A stretch of DNA of 55,715 nucleotides, filler included, from Sphacelaria rigidula (taxonomy: Eukaryota), in NCBI GenBank assembly GCA_964200075.2. It is 5 parts of 5 records of this genome, joined end to end, with 100 filler letters (N's around TTAATTAATTAA, not from the genome) between each part and the next. Parts side by side here need not be neighbours in the genome. Positions count along the whole stretch, not along the records: positions 22,328 to 33,390 come from CAXNAA020005452.1; positions 33,491 to 44,553 come from CAXNAA020005453.1; 3 more parts are not named here. One strand, written 5' to 3'. A program made the position numbers and the translations under genes. The notes beneath the pieces were generated by a model. The model saw nothing but the letters and a program-made list of their open reading frames with translations. It did no database searches and was not told where the DNA came from. Of this stretch, positions 22,893 to 35,394 are shown piece by piece. Each line of letters starts with the position of its first letter. Position 1 is the stretch's first letter.

Positions 22893-25117
22893 GTAAGCAG
22901 CGTCGATGGGACGAGAGCGAAGTCAATGACTTCCTCTCCACGAAAAGCTCTTCTCATCGACTTGCAAAGGGCGGAAGCGTTGGCCAAGGTATGGAGAGCG
23001 AGGACAGCCGTCGGAGAGGTGGGCGTCCGGAGAGCTCGGCGCAAGAAGAGGCTGATGACATTTTCGAGAGCGAGTTCATGATGCTCAAGGATCTATGGAA
23101 CTTCGACAGTGTCCCTTTTCCCGTGTCTAAGCAGGTACAGGTGACGTAGGTCCGCCACGTTGGCTTTTCGTTTCGTTGTTCCACCTCCGCTTACGGAGCT
23201 GCTGTGCACGTTGGTCGGTTGTGGACGGGTCGTGTATAGCACAGGTTCTGACGGCATGTATTTCGCGACTCAGGTTGAATGAAAATATTGACGTTTGACC
23301 AGCAACTCAAGTTGTCATCTGCAAAGTTCAGTGCCATTTATTCCGGTGTAAAGCATCGTCTCTGAATTCTTCGGTGTAAGACAGGTCGAATCTTGACAAA
23401 ACAACCTATAATGGATCCATTTTGTGCAACCGTGTCTAAATATTGACCATTTTGCACCTTCTTTCCATCATGAGATTTATCTGCACCTGCATTTGCCATC
23501 GTTTACAACAATATTTTCGTGAGATCGAGAGTAGAGGATACGATTGAGAGTAAAGAGCGGTCGAATAGTGAATGAATCGTTTCGGTTCCGAAATGCCCCT
23601 CCACGAGACCCGATATACTTTCTGTAGTAGCTTGCCACTGAGGCGCTTGATATCCCTGAGAAGGATATCGACGATTAGCTGCAAGCACACGCCAGTGATG
23701 AAGACAAAGAATAGCACCCGCGGAATGAAAAACTGGCTATGTTGAAGCGAATGATCGAAGCCACTCTCAATCATCGCTCTACTCTCAATCTCACGAGAAC
23801 GTTCTTTCTCCAACCGCCCCTGCCTGTGCCCAGTCAACGTCACCAGAGAAGGCCGCCTTTCAGCGTTGCGACGCCTGTCTCATTGCCCGTCGTTATCTTC
23901 ACTATTTTGTCGAAGAGCAGATAGCAACATAGATGACGCTGAGTCGCACAGATTCGTCGTGTTCTCGGTTGTTCTGTCCTCTTCGTCCTCCACTTGCAGA
24001 GTCTGCTGTCTCTGCGGAAACAGCAAGCCGTGGCATGCTTAGCTTTCAGCTGTGACTGGCTCGCGCACAAACTGCAAAAGATCTGCGTTGCGATCAAACA
24101 TCAGCCAATTACAGCTGGCGCGGTCGACAACAAATCTCCGAGTTTGAGCGGCAGGGCGAAATCACCGAACAAAGCGCGCGACTCGGAAGGGCGTGGTTCA
24201 GGTGCCTCAGCTGAAGGTACGGTCGCGCCAGTGCAAAAACTTCGTCAGATGGCGCGAAAACTCTCTCAACTCGCTGACGACAGCCTCATCTGTCTACGCC
24301 TAGAGGTGAGCTTGCATTGAATGTAGTGGCTTGACAAACATCATATGAAAATGAGCTCTTTGGGGAGATGAATAACTAACTTCCGGCGACGGTTCCACGG
24401 TGTCGTGACTGTAGTGACCATTCATGACCTGTTTTACACTCAACTGTGTTCCGCCATGATCAGGTATATATGCTGGTGAGCTACTACATGCAACAGCTAC
24501 CTTCTATCAATCTGGGTGTCGCTAGCGGTCAGGGTTCGACAACCGCGATGAGCCTCGGTAGCGTCGACGACCAGTGCGTGGTGAATCTGAACCGATGTAT
24601 TCGCGAGGAGCAAGAGGCTCTGAGTCCTTTCGAGCCCAAGGGAAGCATGGCGCTCATCTGTCCCCGTGAACTGCTGGCCTTCGTTCTCGCGCCCTTGGCC
24701 CGCCTACTACCCAGGCTCTTCGTGCGCTCTCTTCGTTTTCTCAAAGCACGCACAATAACCGTAGGGGGCGTTGGTAAGTTGAACAAGATTCTCAACACTT
24801 TGGAACAGACGGTGAGCGAGGTCACCGAGGAGGATGCTGTGGCCACCACACAGGAGGATGGGGCTGTAGCCGTGGACGGTACAAGGGCTGATTCTTCAAC
24901 CGTCTCCGTGGCTGAGCTGTTTGGGTGGTCAAGGCAATACGTTGCTCTGATCAGTATGTCACAAAACGAGTTGGAGACGTTCATCAGGAATAACCGCACC
25001 AAGTTTAGCAAGGACGAATATCGGGTGCAATGGTCCCTCGCCGCACCCAACCGACGGCAATCTGAAGAAGGAAGGAGCCAAAAATTTGAGATGTGGTGGG
25101 CATCAGAGAAATTTTGA
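22893..25117 (+). CDS. SEC8: Exocyst complex component Sec8/EXOC4, last three exons (22893-23134 or 23140, 24000-24305, 24464-25117); 5' part not in this contig
   Basis: GT-AG phase-0 junctions. ACLAFSCDWLA...LSQLADDSLICLRLE|VYMLVSYY...D.CVVNLNRCI...ITVGGVGKLNKILNTLEQ...SRQYVALI...FSKDEY follows the EXOC4 C-terminal motif order as I recall it. Confidence 0.8.
23507..23803. mobile_element. ~300-bp MITE with ~40-bp TIRs, in a Sec8 intron
   Basis: Left arm ttttcgtgagatcgagagtagag...gattgagagt; right arm actctcaatc...ctctactctcaatctcacgagaa. Confidence 0.75.
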
Positions 25118-25925
25118 TTTGTGATGCAACTCAACGTCTGGAACCCGCGTCGGTCATTCGCCGTAGCTTGTGTACGCAACTTCCGAGGCACGCCGTCGGA
25201 CACGAAGAGGTTTTGTTGTAGGGGTTCGATGTTGCCGTCCAGGCTCTCGCTGAATGAACGGGCTGGTGCTTTCGCGTGCTGGCTGTGGACAGCTCCTGTT
25301 TTGGCAGTGAGGGATGTGGCGTAGGCAAAGTACCAGGTCAACACGTCACACTTTTCCCCCCCAATGATGAGCTGTCTGCTTGTGCTGCGAACCCGCGATT
25401 CTGCTCTCCGAATGCTCTTGGTTGGTTGCAGGCTGTTGCTGCTTTCGAACTAGTGTGCAAATGCGTTCACGTTTCCCTCTGTACTCTGTATCAGTGCCAA
25501 ACCTCTGTGCATGCGGTGAAACCCGGGAAACGCGTGCGCGCTTCCCACCGCCCCCGTCTGTTTGTCTCTCCTGGGACTTGAACAAAAGATCGCAGCTACA
25601 CGGGACAAGGTTGACTAAATTTGCAGCAGAAATGCCGCCAGTCACATGCACCACCACATCATTGGACACGCTGCCCGCCCAACAACCTAGTCTGGACACC
25701 AAGTACTGTGGTGGCACTACCGACCGAATACTGTAATACGTGAACATGGGCCATGACGAACGTCCACCGTACACGACAACAGATGGCGTTGATTGGGTTG
25801 CGTTCACATGATGCTACGTGCACGCGGAACTCCACTCGTACAGTTCTTTTGAAATCAACCATTCATTTTCAGGGCTTGTCACGGGACAAAATTTCACGTG
25901 ATTATGTGAGAGACGAACGATATGA

Positions 25926-26066
25926 AACAACGTTTTCGTGATGTTTAGAGTCGAAGGTACGATTGAGAGTGAAAAGCGGCCAACTAGTGAAGAAGCTGTT
26001 TCAGCTCCGAAATGCACCTCCACCAGGCCCAATATTCTCTCTGCCGTAAATTGCCACTGAGGCCCT
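25926..26066. mobile_element. Left part of a second MITE copy, split by the LTR element
   Basis: Collinear with about 23507-23647, up to ttgccactgaggc.ct. Confidence 0.8.
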
Positions 26067-28549
26067 TGTTCCTTGATACGTGATCCGTAAACAGGGACAC
26101 CTGGACACGACTGATGAAGTCGATCAAAGGACATGGCTGCGCCGATCATGTTGTTGTAGAATAGTAGTATTACACAGCTTGACTGAGCAAGTCAAGGAAG
26201 GAAAACAAGGAAAAGAACAAGGTGACTGGGTGTGGCTACACCAACACCATGACAATCAAACATTGCGTAAGTAAGTACAAGATATACGCCTACTATGGTA
26301 TCAAATCCCATCGCATGTAACCATCACAACCCGTGAACACGGATACCTCTGTACCGTGGCTGATCAGTACTGTAGGATAGACTGAAAAGGCTGTTCACCA
26401 CAACACCCCCCTTGGGCAGTCGTGTCAGTAGTAGGCTCACGGAAAATCAATCAAGACAACGATTCATCCTGTGAGAGGGGATGTCCCTCAAGACTACTCG
26501 TACCCACGTCACTGAACAGATATTTTCGGAGAAAAATCGCACCTGCCCCCCCATAGACAATATATACCAGAATCACATGTGCGCCCCCTTTCTTTGAGCA
26601 TCGGTTCAGACATATATCCAAACCTGCAGCACAGTACAAAATCAAGACCCTCACGCATATCTTGCAGTACAGCGTGCGCATCATCAAGTGCACATGCCCT
26701 AGTTTTCAAACTCCGAGATATCAACCTTTCAAACATCAAAACAGAGAAACCCTCACGCTCATCTTTCGAAGTAGAGCGTGCGCATCATCGGGTGCGCATG
26801 CCCTATTGTCAAATCTTCGTGACATCAATATTCCGAACAGAAAAATAGGGGAATATGTTTCAGTCAAACACCATGAAACACTTACACCGCGATCCGGCGT
26901 AGCAATATTTCTCGACACTACTGTCAATCAACCAGAATTCTACCTAGCGAACAGCGAACCGGCAGAGCGAAGTTATGCTCAGCTGTTTTGAACACGCGCA
27001 ATCAAAAGCACAACATGACATCACATCCTGTCCCCCCCCCTCATTGTTTAGCTTTTAAACGGTCTGCGTCTCTCTCCTGCCCCCCTCGTTTCGGGCTACG
27101 GCCATGGGGGGGCGTCGGCATCGTGGAGCGTTGTTTCCTCTCTCCACCGATGTCCACCGAGAGGTCCATGCAGCGGGGGGTTGTGCTCGTTGCCGGTTCG
27201 CCGCGCCACCCAACTTCAGCTCGCACCTATCGCGCAACAAATTCAAATATCGAGCCTCACCGAGAATTGAGGCTCGACACGACACAGTAAAAATATGGGA
27301 AAATATCCAAAATTTCATCAGCTACCACATCTCATCAATATAGTGATACCTACTCCACCGACCGTTATAATCAAACGGATTTTTTTTCCCCACAAAGATT
27401 CACATCTCAACGTCATCTGCATCTTTGCTTCCTGTTACACACTTTAGTGTTATTCCTTTTCAATATTATGGAGGCGGTATTTTTTAAGATTAGACGCCCC
27501 GACACAGTACACCAGACGTAGGATATTGAAACTTGACGTACCTGTGGACTGAAGCCGCGGGTAGGTGTTGATGCAGCAGTTTCCGTGAACCAGGGCGTTT
27601 TGTGCGCTACGTGGCTTGAAAGGATGATTATGCACGATGCTGCAGTAATTCCGAAAACAAGGAACACTTTCTGATGACAGTTCTAGAGGATAACGGTATA
27701 AAATCCGCGCGGGGACAGGAGTAGATCTTGCCATCCTTGTTGTGTACATTGCCCCGCTGTTGGTCGAGGCTGGCACCAAGGCCGGAAAAAACCGCTAGTT
27801 TAGGTTCTCCATATGTTAGAGGCAGATACCCCTAAGTTTTATACGCCGTGCCGAGCAAGACGCGGCCCCACAACGCAGCCAAGGAGATGAGTGTCTTCTG
27901 TCAAGGACCACTACGGACCTGCTCGGGCAGGGGGCAACAACTCCTCCCTCACAGTGCCAGACCTAGCTTGGGCGTTACCACGACGGTCTGAAAATGACAG
28001 GGGCAGTTGCTGTAGTTTTCTTCTATCAGAATCAATCAAATATTCTTCCGTAGTGTGCACCCACGTGAAGATATTTACCTTTCTCTGGCAGGCGCGTGAT
28101 CACCCTTGTGCAGAGTTTTGACTTGGTTCAATAATAGAACAGAGTGCGATTTGCAATTTGTTTTTTTTGCACGAATGGATCGCGGGTATTCTAGCCCTGT
28201 CGAGGCGTGGCTCGCAACGTACAGTCAGTTCTATAGTATTCGTTGTACTGGCACTGAGAACACACAGTGCCAACTTACAATTGCGCGGACACATATCATG
28301 CAATAAACGCTTCCTGCATTCGTAGTGATAAGCATCCTTTCCCATCCGGCTGTCTAACGCACCAAAGCTGGTCTATAGCGCCAGGTATCCGTGCTGGTGT
28401 GGAGACCTCTCTTCCAAGGACGTCCGCACTCTTTAGTCTCAACATATTTTAGGCCTTAGAGTATGACCGTCTTCGATTGACGTCGCGGATGATGAATTAT
28501 AATTTCAGTACAACGCCTCCATAATGTTGAAAAAGAACAACACTGACTT

Positions 28550-28988
28550 GTTTATCCATGATGTGTCAACATGCCCGCGCAAAATCAGGTTTCAACTCCG
28601 GTCAACCAAGAAAGATTTTCGCACTACACTCTTGTTTGGCATTCCGCGCCAGCATGCTCCCACCGTCCACGATCCCAGTGTTATCAATATATACTTGACC
28701 ACCAATCACGTAAGGGGAAAAATGAGCATTTCTTCTTTCACCGTGTCATGCAATAATATATGTTACACACTCGTTTATCTATGATGTGTCAACATACCCG
28801 CGCAAAATCAAGTTTTAACTCCGGTCAACCAAGAAAGATTTTCGCACTACACTCTTGTTTTGGCATGCCGCGCCAGCATGCTCCCACCGTCCACGATCCC
28901 AGTGCCATCAATATATACTTGACCACCAATCACGTAAGGGGAAAAATGAGCATTTCTTCTTTCATCGTGTCATGCAATAACATCTGTT
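28550..28988. repeat. Direct tandem duplication, ~223-bp period, inside the LTR element
   Basis: gtttatc.atgatgtgtcaacat...gtgtcatgcaataa occurs twice with few substitutions. Confidence 0.9.
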
Positions 28989-31113
28989 TTTCACCTCATG
29001 GTACTAGTTCTGCCAGCTCATAGCCTCAAAACTATATCCAAAACGGGCTCGAGGTAGCATTTCTTATTTTTCATCTTATGTGTAACATGTCTTTTGTTCG
29101 TACCTACTACATACAGCATACGCAATTTGTACTCAGTCTGTACCCCGCAGGGCACCGGTTATTACTGTTCCTATTTCAAACAGCCCCCCCCAGTTCAATC
29201 AACCGTCAATGCCACAAGCCGCGACCAACCGCACTTTGACACCTCTCGTGTTTCCACCTCCTTTTGGGAATCGAGATCAAGGGGCAGTCCAGGCAAATTC
29301 ACGAGGAGAAGTGCCCCTCTCTACTCTGTAAAAATTAAACACCAAGCAGTATCATTAAACCAAAATTGACTCTACGGAGTATGTATTGGGATTCAACTGG
29401 TCGTCATAACTCACATGTGTACTTCTGCACGCCACTGAGATGACTAAACGCCGATATCGTCTGTACAATCAAGCCCGTGGAATAGCGTCCTACCCTGCTG
29501 CACCTATTGAAATGATCTTCATAATTCTGTCGACACTTTGCTAGTTGGGAACAGTGCCCCGAGCCCACACCCCACAGGTGACGAAAAAAAATGGAATACT
29601 TGGGGCTGGGTCGGCTCTTCATGTAAACATGACCCCAGCGCCAACAACAAATATGTATTTATCCGCAGATAAACAAGTACCGAAAATACACTTCACCATC
29701 AACCGTATCAAGTCTGGGACATTTACCCTACACTTCGAGGGAGGGCCGATCGTGCAATTATTTCCTGTGCGATCAAGATACCTGCCCATATACCAATTAA
29801 GTCAAAGAATATCTACCTGTACCTGAAGGGGAAATGGTTCAGTGTAATACCTGATGTCGAGATTGGTACATCCCTGTAGAAAAGGGCCTCAACGCCGGTG
29901 AGATACCGAGATCATCATGTAATCGAGTCATCCACCCGATATGACAACAAGCACATTTCATGGTCGACCTGCAAAGTTCGGGAAATTCAACTACACTCCA
30001 AGGGAGGGTGGATCTTGCAATACTTTATGCAGTCGAGTACCTACCCATCGACCAACCAAGTTAGAGGAAAATTCAATCAAGGCTTTCAGGGATGATAGAA
30101 CGTGCAATACACTGACGGTGAGATCGGTATTTGCCTGTAAAAAGGTCTCAACGCCGGCCGCCATCCACCTACCGTAATCAGCCTGACAGTCCTTCATGTG
30201 TCACAACACACGTGAGGTTCTTGTGCGCATTCTTCTTATTACCATCATACATCGTCGTATAATAATACTCCGTCTAATTTCACGTGTTGGCCCAGATACT
30301 TTTCTTGTCACAAACAACCGCAGAACGGAATGCACCGACTATCTTCTTGCAAAATTTCGTCCCGCCTAGATGGGGAAAACGTACCCAGCAGTTTCAGTCA
30401 ATTACCCTCTTCAGCTCAAATCCTCTGACGTGAGAAGCATACTACAGCACCGCAAATTCATGTCACCATATTCGTCTGGGACACACTGATCAGCAGCCGC
30501 CTGCAGACACGCTTACCGCCACCATCACCTTTGATCCCCATAATTTTAATGTAACAGTCTGACTCCACCCACAAAATCAAAACCCATCACTGCGCGAATA
30601 CTGCACTGAAGTCCCGGGAACTAAAAAAATACCTTGCAAATCAAGAAATCCCCGCGGTACCACGCGATACGGTGCAGTACTCACGTTTGGGACACATGCC
30701 CCCGATAAATCTTCTTTACTCTTTCTCCGCGCACAAGGTAGACGGTGCACGCCCCCTGCACAGTGTTGCAACTGAGTGGTGACGTCGTTTCCGCAGAATA
30801 CGTCTCCTACGGGTGAAGTGGAAGCTCAGGAACAAAATCCACTCCGCAGAGCTGACCTGAACTGGTCTTTCGACCGTGCTGCGCCCAGACGTCCCAAATC
30901 CCGGGCGCGTGGTCAGGTGCGTCCAACCACCTGACTTCTTCTCCCCGCCCGCGGGTAGTGCCCCATGCACTAATCCGGACATCGCTGCCTTTGCTTCATA
31001 CAAACTGCCCCTGAAGTCCGCGTCGTCCCCGGTCGCAGTTGGGGGTATAACCGCGTCCCTTGGTGCTGCCATCTTGGTCGAACGTTTGGACCACAAACCG
31101 TCGGCAAATCAAA

Positions 31114-31124
31114 TGGACCCTCCA
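31114..31124 (-). promoter_or_regulatory. Primer-binding site TGGAGGGTCCA, possibly tRNA-Cys
   Basis: Lies 3 nt inside the 5' LTR and is complementary to a tRNA 3' end ...UGGACCCUCCA, which has a U discriminator as in tRNA-Cys. Confidence 0.65.
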
Positions 31125-31466
31125 GAGTGTTCCTTGATACGTGATCCGTAAACAGGGACACCTGGACACGACTGATGAAGTCGATCAAACGACACGGCTG
31201 AGCCGATCATGTTGTTGTAGAAGATTAGTATTACACAGCTTGACTAAGCAAGTCAAGGAAGGAAAAGAAGGAAGAGAACAAAGTGACTGGGTGTGGCTAC
31301 CCCAACACCATGACAATCAAACATTGCGTACGTAGGTACAAGACACACGCTTACTATGGTATTAAATCCCACCGCATGTTATTGTAACAGCCCGTGAACA
31401 CGGATACCTCTGTACCGTGGCTGATCAGTACTGTAGACTACACTGAAAAGGCTGTTCACCACAACA

Positions 31467-31625
31467 GCCCTCGATACCCCTGAGTAGGAGGTCAACGTGT
31501 AACTGGAAGCACATGGCAGTGATGAGACGACGAAAAGCACACAAGGAATGAAAAATTGGCCAAGTTGAGGACATCAAAGCCACTCTCAATCCGCACTCAA
31601 CTCTCAATCTCACGAAAACCTTGTT
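31467..31625. mobile_element. Right part of the split MITE
   Basis: Collinear with about 23643-23803; ends in the TIR actctcaatctcacgaaaaccttgtt. Confidence 0.8.
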
Positions 31626-33060
31626 ATGGGTGAGTTTTAATTGGTGGCGTTCATACCCCGTCCGCACGCATTTGCCAAACTTCCCGTCCAGTCCGTTCAT
31701 GATGACAACAACGGAAAACGTCTTTCCTGTATGTTTATGCAAACTTTTCAAGAGTCGGACGAATGATGATTCATCTGATAATTACTTTGAAAATGAATAA
31801 TTTGTACCGCAGAATCAATCCTTGGGCTTTGTTTTCGACGTTGCACCCCGATAAACGCACTTCAGGCAGGTGGGAGTAGTGCAAAAATTGTATCGAGACT
31901 TTTTTTTCCCGCGGTCAACTTTGTTTCTCTCTGCCAAGCATTAATGGCCTCTACCGCACGTTTACGGCTCCAGAAGAAATAGTGGTGAAATGTCCTTCAC
32001 TGTGTAACTTCACCTCCGGAGTACGTACTATATATCAAGCCCCTGGATAGAACCTGTGTACTGTGTGAGCCAACCATGGATGAACCTTATCAAGAAACGA
32101 TGCGATAGTCCTCGGGGGCCTCGTGGTAATATCGTACGCGGCCGGCATACCTGTTCCTCTGCTTGCGCAACCTCCAGCCTTTATATATACCCCTAAAAAA
32201 ACACCCGCGTATATTCCATTCAACATTGCCACTGAACTGTACGGTATATTATATTGCAAGTCGTGATCCCCCACCATTTTCATATCCCTTGTTCTACCTT
32301 AACTTTAAGTCCCATTTTGGTAGTCTCTGGACTGGCTTCTTGCCGGAGTGTGTCCAACCCTGGGGCGTGCATGTGGCAAACAAGCATCTCTGGCTATTGC
32401 TGTATAGTATGGTCGTGTGTATGTATACTGGCAGCCAAAATGTGTCGGGACTTGTACAGCAGAGGCTGCTCGAAATAAAAATCCTCGGTTTAAAATTGGG
32501 CAAAACAGTACAAGTTTGTGTCGTCGGGACAACACGCGGGGTTAGATCGGATTCGTTTAGGGCGCGTTGAAAGTCTGAGTAGGTTTAAAGTCGATCACGT
32601 CGTGAGGCTTCAAAATAATGCAAAGCCAGAATGAAAATAGTTGAGTGTGCGGTTTTTAACACGGGATTTTACAAATTAGGGATAGATTTTTTGGGGATGG
32701 ACAAGGTCAAAAGTTGGACCGAAAAATGCGAAAATTCATATTTATTTGAATATACATATTTTTTTATTTGTCTGATAGTCGCCCGACGTTTCGGAGGGCG
32801 TTCAGGAGGTACATATCTGACTACTGCCGAGTTTTTATTGTTCCGGACTGCTAGTACTAATACTGCAGTACTTCATACTTGTTGTGCTGTATATAAATAT
32901 GACATCGTCCGGCGGATATCGCCGTGCTGCATTCACTGCGACAAGCAGATGTCCCAGCAAGGCATTTCTGAATACGCCACCCCACTACCATTAGTGCCAA
33001 CTACTTATTATTGGTGGCACCGCGTTTCAATAACATGAAGCTAAGGTTCGTTGCAGTAAC

Positions 33061-33178
33061 CAAGGGTAGGCAAAAAAAAGACCTGGGCCCCCACTCCATT
33101 GTCTTCAGTTGGGGCCGGCCGAGGGGGGGGGGGAAGAAGGTTAATGTAGGTCCACACTTTTTTTTGCCCACCCTCGTA
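33061..33178. mobile_element. ~115-bp mini-MITE with Tc1/mariner-like ends
   Basis: agggtaggcaaaaaaaag on the left and cttttttttgcccaccctcgta on the right are inverted repeats. Confidence 0.55.
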
Positions 33179-33390
33179 GTACAGTGCCGGACACCGTAAC
33201 CCTTTTGGTACCCTCCCCTCCTGTTCCCGGGCCAAACGCCTCATCACGAGAAGCCCTGACACAGAGGAAACTGTGGAAGCAGAAAAGGCCGACGGCAAAC
33301 ATTTTATGATGGAAGACCGAAGAAATATGCAGTAGCACACGCGGCGGGTGCAGGGTTAGTCCTACGCTTGGGGTTGTTTCGCCAGTAGTG

Positions 33391-33490
33391 NNNNNNNNNN
33401 NNNNNNNNNNNNNNNNNNNNNNNNNNNNNNNNNNTTAATTAATTAANNNNNNNNNNNNNNNNNNNNNNNNNNNNNNNNNNNNNNNNNNNN
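33391..33490. other. Artificial 100-bp assembly linker
   Basis: N44-TTAATTAATTAA-N44. Confidence 0.98.
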
Positions 33491-34503
33491 AGAACGTACC
33501 TCTGCTAGGCTATCCCTCTCTACTCTGTACCGGGGAGTCTACGCGCCAACTCCAACCATGACGCCCACACATTCGTCTCTTTTCCGCTCATTTGCCGTTC
33601 ACGGTCGCCACAACGACCACACCTCTTTCTCCCCGGAAATGGTTCCCGAGTTTCTCCGCATCGACAAAAACTGGACTCACACCTCACAACGCGTCGGTGT
33701 TTTGTCGTGCGGGAGGTTGTGGGACACACCATACTGTTCCGATCTCGGGACTGGTGTTACGTGTTACGGTCAAGCTAGGCTCTTCCGTCACCAACGGGCG
33801 GTCGTCGCTTCATCGATGGTTGGTTCAAACAACGGATACAATACAGTACAGTACAGCTCTCTTCATGTGCGTCACGAGACGAGAATACTGTCAGTATTGG
33901 GGATACGTGCCAGATGAAACTCGTGAGACGAACGTCAGCCGTCAAATCGCTTGCCCTGCGATGTACAACATTCAATCCGAAGTAATGCGATTGCACAACT
34001 GCCACTTGATGGCTACTGTATTTAGCACCAACACGTTGTCGACACGACCTCCCTCTCGACTGTGACCCTGTTTTGAATGGGCATCAATTTAACTTGAAAG
34101 AAATATGTATTATCCAGATGGACTACTCTCGCGGTCTAAGGGTTCAGGTCAACTTGATGTGATTTGATTTGATGGATTCATTGTGGTACAACCAGGGTGA
34201 CTCAATATATTGGAATGATTATCACTACCCAAACGGTTGCCAAGCAAATGGCGTTCTGGCGTCTCCATCCAGGTCGTTGCCGAGGAGTATCATTTACTCC
34301 CATTCCCGTCCAAACAGTTACCTCGCAAATACTGGCATTCCTGCGATTTCTCATTACTATTCAAGCACATACCGTGCACACATATTGCGCAATTCGTCAT
34401 GCAAGGAACTGAGTGGTCGTCTACTTTCTGCGGTGCGTGTTCATGTGCTTTTTGACGTCATCGTCAAATGCTGGTCTGGGGTCCCCTCCCCCCCCTCCCC
34501 ATC

Positions 34504-34597
34504 CATGCTACTGCTCCGTCTCGCAAGGAATGCGTGGTTGATGGTCAACCGACTAAGGCAAGCAGGAATGAGCTCCCCCCCCCCCCCCTACATGCTA
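34504..34597 (+). mobile_element. ~65-bp LINE 3'-tail insertion flanked by a duplicated C-tract plus CATGCTA
   Basis: tgctccgtctcgcaaggaatgcgtggttgatggtcaaccgactaaggcaag; catgcta at 34504-34510 and 34591-34597, each preceded by a C run. Confidence 0.75.
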
Positions 34598-35044
34598 TTG
34601 ACGAGGTGCGCGTGCCTCTCGCGTCAGTTGGATAAAAGAAAACACCGTGCATTATCGTAGTGGCTGGTTCTTGTACCAGTGAGTACCAGCGTGGGCACCG
34701 GCCAGTCACCATCCAAGAACTACGGTACATCACCGTCGTGGCTGGCTCCTGTACCGATGGGTGCCGGGGAGAGCACCTACCATCCAAAGACTACCGTGCA
34801 TTACCGTAGGGGCTGGATACCGTGGAAAATGTTGTCAACCTCAAAAGTTGACGTTTTCTTGGGCAAGATATGGTTGCTTTTCTGCAACTATTGATGACGC
34901 AGCCCGCCAAAACGGTGCACCACTCTAAGTTCAAGTATACTAACGTGACATATTCGTGTTTGCACCGAACTCGAAGTGACGTTTTTCCGGTGACGAAATA
35001 TCTCATATGGGAGCTTATACTGTTTTTCACGAGTTCCAAAAGGG

Positions 35045-35151
35045 TTAACCCTTTGACCTCGACGGTTGGTCACATGCTGAATCGGCATCATTTTTCACTT
35101 GAAAAAAGTATTCATGGTCTAGATGGACTGCCCTCGCGGTCTAGGGGTTAA
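35045..35151. mobile_element. ~100-bp piggyBac-like MITE (TTAA-CCC...GGG-TTAA)
   Basis: ttaaccctttgacc...ggtctaggggttaa. Degenerate relatives at about 34040-34146 and 11707-12023. Confidence 0.75.
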
Positions 35152-35394
35152 GCGAGCAACAAAGACATGGAAAACCTAGCGGGGGGGCAGAAAACTGGTG
35201 GGTGACTACAGCAAGCAGAGTTGACAAGCTCACAGAAAAGTCCTCCGCGGTTGTTGCTGGCTTGGCATCCCAACACGCGCAAAATACATGTCAAGAAAGG
35301 TGCACAAATACCCTCACCGCCGGCCGGCGAAAAGGCCTTTGTCTACAATCCACAAACCTCTTCTCGTCAACGAAGTTACCGAGAAGCTAGTAAG

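Larger units (their letters stand above)
26067..31466 (-). mobile_element. Complete 5.4-kb non-autonomous (LARD-like) LTR retroelement
   Basis: 339-bp LTRs at 26067-26405 and 31128-31466 (TGTT...AACA). 5-bp TSD GCCCT at 26062-26066 and 31467-31471. PBS at 31114-31124 and PPT aagggggg at 26406-26413, both on the minus strand. No recognisable RT or integrase ORF. Confidence 0.92.

Noticed and set aside
24529-25344. 271-aa minus-strand ORF
   Set aside because: Antisense shadow of the Sec8 terminal exon.
30716-31096. 126-aa ORF after the PBS as gag
   Set aside because: The position fits, but it is short and has no recognisable Gag motif, so it is left unassigned.
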